Below are positions 58,988-64,000 of a stretch of 64,000 nt of DNA, one piece after another. Where the stretch lies: contig CBDBZU010000004.1 in the NCBI GenBank assembly GCA_965213625.1, positions 3,296,001 to 3,360,000 on the forward strand. The letters are read 5' to 3'. This DNA is from a bacterium. Its GTDB lineage: Bacteria; UBA8248. How positions within the stretch are numbered: the first letter of the stretch is position 1; every line of letters starts with the position of its first letter. A program made the position numbers and the translations under genes. The notes under the pieces are model-generated. The model saw nothing but the letters and a program-made list of their open reading frames with translations. It did not search any database and was not told the origin of the DNA.

Positions 58988-61204
58988 ATGGATACGACAC
59001 CAGACGGCAGACACGGCAAGAGTGAATCCTGGGTTCGCGAATGGGTGGGCTGGAGTGAACTCACCCCCGCCGGGAACGTGGAAGCGGGTGCGTGGGGCAT
59101 TTGGACGATCACTTACCACGTTGGCAGATACGGCGTGGACGATGGCGGGACAATCATCCTTTCGCGACGTTTCGCCAGTGATTGGGCCAAACCGCAAACC
59201 GACACGCCTGGTGAACCTCACTATGTGAAGGTGAACACGAGTGGAAGCGCTTCCCTAAGGGCAAGATGGGACCCGAAATCGAACATCAGGCCTTGGCAGC
59301 AAGGCTTGGCAATCGATGTATTTGACAGCTATCTCGCGGAAGGAGATACGGTAACCATCGTTCTGGGAGACCAAAGCGGGGGCGGAGCGGGAACCCGTGC
59401 TCAAACCTTTTGCGAAAACAATTTCCGTTTCAGGCTATTCGTCGATTGCTTCGGCTCGAATCGTTTCATTGAGGCAGCCGATACGCCCGCCTTCTCCATT
59501 GTCCCTGGGAAACCCGCCCGCCTCGTCATTCATGGGCCAACCGAACAAGCACCTGATGAATCTTCGTGGATGCAGGTGAAACTCGAAGACATCTGGGGAA
59601 ATCCATGCTGCGGCATAGATGCGCAAGTTTCGCTCACCGCCGCGGGGGGAATCTGCGAAGGGCTGCCCGGAATTGTTCGGTTCAAACGTGACGAGCCGGC
59701 CGTAGCTCGCCTGGAAAATCTGCGTTGGGAAACAGGAAAATGGGGGCGCATACGAGGCGACGCAGGGGACGGCATCCCTCCTGCATACAGCAATTACTTA
59801 TACGCCATGGAGAAAACCCACCAATGGCGGCCATTCTGGGGCGACCTCCACGGCCAGAGCGAAGAGACGGTGGGCACAAATACTGCGGATGATTACTTTG
59901 CTTTCGCCCGTGATATGGCCGGAGCGCAATTTTCCTGCCACCAAGGAAACGATTTTCAAGTCTCGAAAGATACCTGGAGCGCCATTCGAGCGGCCACGAA
60001 GAAATACAACGAGCCGGGTCGCTTCGTCACGTTCCTGGGAGTCGAATGGTCCGCCGTAACGGGAATGGGCGGGGACAGAAACGTCATGTATCTAGGTGAC
60101 GACGGCCCTCTGCACCGTACCAGCCATTGGCAACTGGAGGACTGGACCGATCAAGAAACAGACAGATATCCCCTAGATGCACTCTATGGCGCCCTGGAAG
60201 GCCGCCGGGACGTCACCCTGATCCCCCACATCGGGGGCCGGCGGGCCAGCCTGGACTATCACCATGTAGAACTCGAACGCGTCATGGAGATATATTCCTC
60301 CTGGGGACGATTCGAATGGTTCGTGGAGGAAGCCCTGGAAAAGGGCTGGCGCGTGGGCATCACGGCAGGGAGCGATGGGCACAAGGGCCGACCGGGAGCC
60401 AGTTACCCGGGAGCTGCGATTTTCGGGGTCTATGGCGGTTACGCCTGCTTCTATGCGGAAGAACTCACGCGTGAGAGCCTCTGGGAAGCGGTTCTGGCAA
60501 GACGCGTCTACGCAACAACAGGGAAGAAAATTCATCTCTCCTTCTCGGCAGGCGAACATTTCATGGGAGAGGAATATGAATCCTCCACTCCCCCAGCGTT
60601 CAAGGTACATGCCATGGGAGAGTGCGGCATCGAGTCGATAGAGCTAAAGCGCGCCTCGCAAACCATATCCTCTTACCGCCCCAAAGATGCGGCTGCCGAA
60701 CATTCCGATTGGTTCCGTGTCTCCTGGAGCGGCGCCCGTATACACCAGCGTAATCGACAAACCCACTGGCACGGCGGTTTGCGGGTCGATAAAGGGAGAA
60801 TCGAAGAGCCCAGAAACTGGCAAGTGGACAACCTCGAAGAAGGCATACAGTCAGCCGATGAGCGTAATATCCGGTGGTTGAGCCGCACGACCGGGGATGC
60901 GGACGGCGTCGAATTCCGCCTTTCAGGCGGGGAAGGCGCAACGCTCTCCTTCGAAACTGATGTCGTTTCCTTTGATGTAAAACTCGATGACATCGGGGCC
61001 GTTCCGTATGTGGTGGACGCAGGCGGCGTTCGCCAACAAGTGGAAGTGCAGCGCATCTGCCCAACGCCAGGGAATCCTTACGCGAGTGTCACATTCGACG
61101 TCAATGAAAATGATTTTCATGACGGCTGGAACCCTTATTTCATCCGCCTGATGCAAGAAGACGGGGCATTGGCCTGGAGCAGCCCCATTTTCACAAAAAG
61201 GTAA
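58988..61204 (+). CDS. DUF3604-like PHP-fold metalloprotein
   Basis: WGDLHGQ, EWS...GGDRNV, IPH, GSDGHKGRPG, RRVYATTG, AWSSPI. Confidence 0.72.
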   Translation: MDTTPDGRHGKSESWVREWVGWSELTPAGNVEAGAWGIWTITYHVGRYGVDDGGTIILSRRFASDWAKPQTDTPGEPHYVKVNTSGSASLRARWDPKSNIRPWQQGLAIDVFDSYLAEGDTVTIVLGDQSGGGAGTRAQTFCENNFRFRLFVDCFGSNRFIEAADTPAFSIVPGKPARLVIHGPTEQAPDESSWMQVKLEDIWGNPCCGIDAQVSLTAAGGICEGLPGIVRFKRDEPAVARLENLRWETGKWGRIRGDAGDGIPPAYSNYLYAMEKTHQWRPFWGDLHGQSEETVGTNTADDYFAFARDMAGAQFSCHQGNDFQVSKDTWSAIRAATKKYNEPGRFVTFLGVEWSAVTGMGGDRNVMYLGDDGPLHRTSHWQLEDWTDQETDRYPLDALYGALEGRRDVTLIPHIGGRRASLDYHHVELERVMEIYSSWGRFEWFVEEALEKGWRVGITAGSDGHKGRPGASYPGAAIFGVYGGYACFYAEELTRESLWEAVLARRVYATTGKKIHLSFSAGEHFMGEEYESSTPPAFKVHAMGECGIESIELKRASQTISSYRPKDAAAEHSDWFRVSWSGARIHQRNRQTHWHGGLRVDKGRIEEPRNWQVDNLEEGIQSADERNIRWLSRTTGDADGVEFRLSGGEGATLSFETDVVSFDVKLDDIGAVPYVVDAGGVRQQVEVQRICPTPGNPYASVTFDVNENDFHDGWNPYFIRLMQEDGALAWSSPIFTKR

Positions 61205-61208
61205 AACA

Positions 61209-61934
61209 ATGACTGAGCAACAACTTCCCGCTCTCGATGAAAATTGGGAACGTGCGCTGGCCATCGTGGCTCATCCTGACGACATGGAATTCGGCGCATC
61301 GAGTGCAATTGCCAGATGGACGTCACAAGGCAAAATAATTTCATACATCCTCATGACGAGTGGGGAGGCGGGCATCGACGGTATGTCGCCGGTAGAAGCC
61401 GGCCCCGCAAGAGAAGAGGAACAAATGAAAAGCGCCGCCATCGTCGGTGTGGATAAGGTGGAATTCCTCGGCTATTCGGATGGGGTCATCGAGTACAATC
61501 TGAAATTAAGACGCGACCTTACCCGCAAAATCAGAGCGTTTCGGCCTAATGTCGTAATCACGCTTTCACACCACCTCACCTGGCCGGGCGGTCCGTTGAA
61601 CATGGCGGATCATCGCTGGCTAGCATATGGCGTGATGGACGCTAGCCGCGATGCCGGAAACCGCTGGATTTTCCCCGAACTGCTGGACGAGGAGCTGGAA
61701 CCCTGGGCGGGCGTTCGCATGGTTTTACTCAGCGGCTCTCCTGATCCCACACATGCCGTGGATGTCACTGAGTACCTCGACAAAGGAATCGAATCCTTAC
61801 AAGCCCATAAGCTCTACATCGACAATCTCGCGCAAGGTTTCGACCCCGTCGGGTTTCTCACCCAGGCGACCGCCGTAACAGGGAAACTCGCCGGTTTTGA
61901 ATATGCGGTATCTTTCGAGGCGATTTCGATATAA
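61209..61934 (+). CDS. PIG-L/LmbE family deacetylase
   Basis: AHPDDME, TSGEAG, ADH. Confidence 0.9.
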   Translation: MTEQQLPALDENWERALAIVAHPDDMEFGASSAIARWTSQGKIISYILMTSGEAGIDGMSPVEAGPAREEEQMKSAAIVGVDKVEFLGYSDGVIEYNLKLRRDLTRKIRAFRPNVVITLSHHLTWPGGPLNMADHRWLAYGVMDASRDAGNRWIFPELLDEELEPWAGVRMVLLSGSPDPTHAVDVTEYLDKGIESLQAHKLYIDNLAQGFDPVGFLTQATAVTGKLAGFEYAVSFEAISI

Positions 61935-62054
61935 ATAACTGAAAAAAATTGCCGCTCAAGGCTATATCTTCACCAGCGAATTGGGTAGTATTCGCCTGCG
62001 GTTGGGCTGCAATGCGATTTGTTAAATTGATTGATATATCCAATGAGGAATTGA

Positions 62055-62999
62055 ATGCTTGATGATGCAACAAAACAAGAGTTAAAGGAAAAACATTACA
62101 ACGCCACAGTAGCCGATATCGTCTGGCAGCATGAGACGCTCGCATGTTTTCGCGTCAAACCCGATTTCAACTTTCCCGACTATAAATCGGGGCAATATAC
62201 GACGCTGGGACTGGGCAACTGGGAGCCCCGCCACGAAGACGCCGTCAAAGAAAAAGAGCTCGACGAGAAAAGAATCCGGCGATTGGGCAGGCGCGCCTAT
62301 TCCGTATCTCACCCTGTGGTCAACGGAGCGGGAGAACTGTATCCGCTAGAAGACCTGGATTTTCTGGAATTCTACATCGTCATGGTTATCGGCGAGGAAG
62401 GCGAACCAGCGCCGCTCCTTACTCCAAGACTCTTCCTCCTGAAACCAGGCGACCGTATCCACATGGGCCAAAAATTTACCGGTGAATACACGCTCGAATG
62501 CATGAACGATATTCGAGACGACGAAAACTCTCTTGTCGTCTTCGCTGGCACGGGAACGGGAGAAGGCCCGCACAACCACATGATTTGGGAACTTCTTCGC
62601 ACGGGCTACAAAGGCCAAATCGCCAGCATCAACGTCGTACGATACAATAACGACCTTGCATACGAACCCCTATACAGAGAACTCGAGAATAAATACCCCC
62701 AGCTTACATATCACGCGCTCACCACGCGCGAGGCGGATACTATACACAACAAAGTGTATGTACAGGACTATCTGGCTACAGGTGCGTTCGAAGATAATAT
62801 CGGTCGCAAAATGGACCCTGCGAACACGCATTTGTTCTTGTGCGGAAACCCTGCCATGATCGGAATCCCCAAAGTTCGTGAAGGCGAGAAGATATGGCCG
62901 GAAGGCGGACCGGGCGTTATCCAGATCATGGAAGATCGCGGCTTCACGATGGACTATGGCCAAACAAAGGGAAACATCCATTACGAGAAATACTGGTAA
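62055..62999 (+). CDS. fpr: Ferredoxin--NADP+ reductase
   Basis: RRAYS, GTGTGEGP, LCGNPAMI, terminal EKYW. Confidence 0.85.
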   Translation: MLDDATKQELKEKHYNATVADIVWQHETLACFRVKPDFNFPDYKSGQYTTLGLGNWEPRHEDAVKEKELDEKRIRRLGRRAYSVSHPVVNGAGELYPLEDLDFLEFYIVMVIGEEGEPAPLLTPRLFLLKPGDRIHMGQKFTGEYTLECMNDIRDDENSLVVFAGTGTGEGPHNHMIWELLRTGYKGQIASINVVRYNNDLAYEPLYRELENKYPQLTYHALTTREADTIHNKVYVQDYLATGAFEDNIGRKMDPANTHLFLCGNPAMIGIPKVREGEKIWPEGGPGVIQIMEDRGFTMDYGQTKGNIHYEKYW

Positions 63000-63055
63000 A
63001 ACCTATTTTTCACAAATCACCTCGGCTCATGTAAACGAATTCCGCAGGAGGCCCA

Positions 63056-63835
63056 ATGCCCGATCTTATTCATGAAGCCGAGGGCGCACTCTCCATCTTG
63101 AAGTTCAACAGAAAAGACGTTCGCAACGCCATCAACGAAGAAATCATGCAGGGACTTACAGACGTCCTGGACAACCTTGAGGCTTCAGATGAACTGAGAG
63201 CCGTCATCCTCACAGGTGCGGGCGAGGAGGCATTCTGCTCGGGCGGCGACTTGAAATGGCTACAGTCTTTCGAGTCTCGTGACGAAGGAATGGGTATGAG
63301 CATGCGCATGCAGGGAATCCTAGGACGCTTGTCAGCGTTGCCGGTGCCCGTCATAGCCGTTTTGAATGGATACGCTCTGGGCGGCGGGACCGAAATCGCC
63401 ATGGCCTGCGACATGCGGGTCATCGAAAAACACGCCTACATGAGCTTCAAGCAAGCCCGCGTGGGTCTCATGACGGGCTGGGGAGGCGGGGGTCGTCTTG
63501 TTCGGGCCATCGGCTATGGACGCGCGATGGAGTTGTTGACCACATGCAAGGAATTGCACCCGGAAGACGCGATGGAGATGGGACTCGCATGCGCCGTCGT
63601 GCCCAGAGGAGACGGTCTTTGCGTCGCCAAGGCGATGGTGGATGATATTTCCAAAAGCGCGCCGGGGGCTATCCGTTCTTTGAAGGAATTGCTCTTATTC
63701 GGATTAGAAAATACACTGGATGAAACGACGGTTTTGGAATCGTCGCTATTTGCCGATCTATGGGTGTCAGAAGATCATGATGAGGCGGTAAAAGCGTTTT
63801 TTGAAAAGCGAAGCCCCGTTTTCAAGGGGAGGTAA
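63056..63835 (+). CDS. Enoyl-CoA hydratase/isomerase family protein
   Basis: AFCSGGDL, NGYALGGGTEIAMACD. Confidence 0.92.
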   Translation: MPDLIHEAEGALSILKFNRKDVRNAINEEIMQGLTDVLDNLEASDELRAVILTGAGEEAFCSGGDLKWLQSFESRDEGMGMSMRMQGILGRLSALPVPVIAVLNGYALGGGTEIAMACDMRVIEKHAYMSFKQARVGLMTGWGGGGRLVRAIGYGRAMELLTTCKELHPEDAMEMGLACAVVPRGDGLCVAKAMVDDISKSAPGAIRSLKELLLFGLENTLDETTVLESSLFADLWVSEDHDEAVKAFFEKRSPVFKGR

Positions 63836-63842
63836 CCGCGAA

Positions 63843-64000
63843 ATGACTAATGAACATCCACAGACGAGAACACGCTCGGGCCTCGCCGTTGAAAACACTT
63901 ACGGCCTTGGGGATTTGCCTCAGAACTATTCCCCTGGCAAACCAGGCGAATATCCTCTCACGCGCGGCATTCACCCCGAGATGTACAGAAAACGCCTGTG
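63843..64000 (+). CDS. Methylmalonyl-CoA mutase family large subunit, 5' fragment
   Basis: MTNEHPQTRTRSGLAVENTY...PGEYPLTRGIHPEMYRKRL; GGAGG RBS; runs off window. Confidence 0.85.
   Translation, partial: MTNEHPQTRTRSGLAVENTYGLGDLPQNYSPGKPGEYPLTRGIHPEMYRKRL

Noticed and set aside
1-64000. Alternative genetic code with UGA as a general sense codon
   Set aside because: Many genes end at TGA at their natural C-termini, including ATGA and TGATG overlaps, and Trp is encoded by TGG.

Overview
Gene-dense, moderately GC-rich bacterial chromosomal window with about 57 protein genes and no rRNA, tRNA, CRISPR array or mobile element that I can see. It mixes housekeeping genes (pepA fragment, mqnD, leuS, mgtE, hflX, rlpA, fpr, methylmalonyl-CoA mutase fragment) with many small catabolic clusters: a ring-opening cyclic amide hydrolase plus amidohydrolase, prpB with two MmgE/PrpD proteins, glcDEF with cupins, and a split UxaA dehydratase. 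The ORF track hides four things. (1) A family I CoA-transferase alpha subunit (50751-51578) reads through an in-frame TGA followed by SECIS-like hairpins. The predicted selenocysteine (Sec) appears to sit at an active-site position, while the partner beta subunit lacks the canonical catalytic Glu, which suggests a selenium-dependent non-transferase enzyme next to an RraA/HMG-type aldolase. (2) A deiodinase-like thioredoxin-fold selenoprotein (11859-12497, FGAITUPPF). (3) A stand-alone ~225-nt minus-strand transcript (about 988-1212) with a near-consensus sigma70 promoter, an intrinsic terminator, three CUGAAA-containing hairpins and an embedded 31-codon ORF. (4) A probable AUC start codon for hflX. 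All family assignments come from motifs recognised by eye; no database searches were run.
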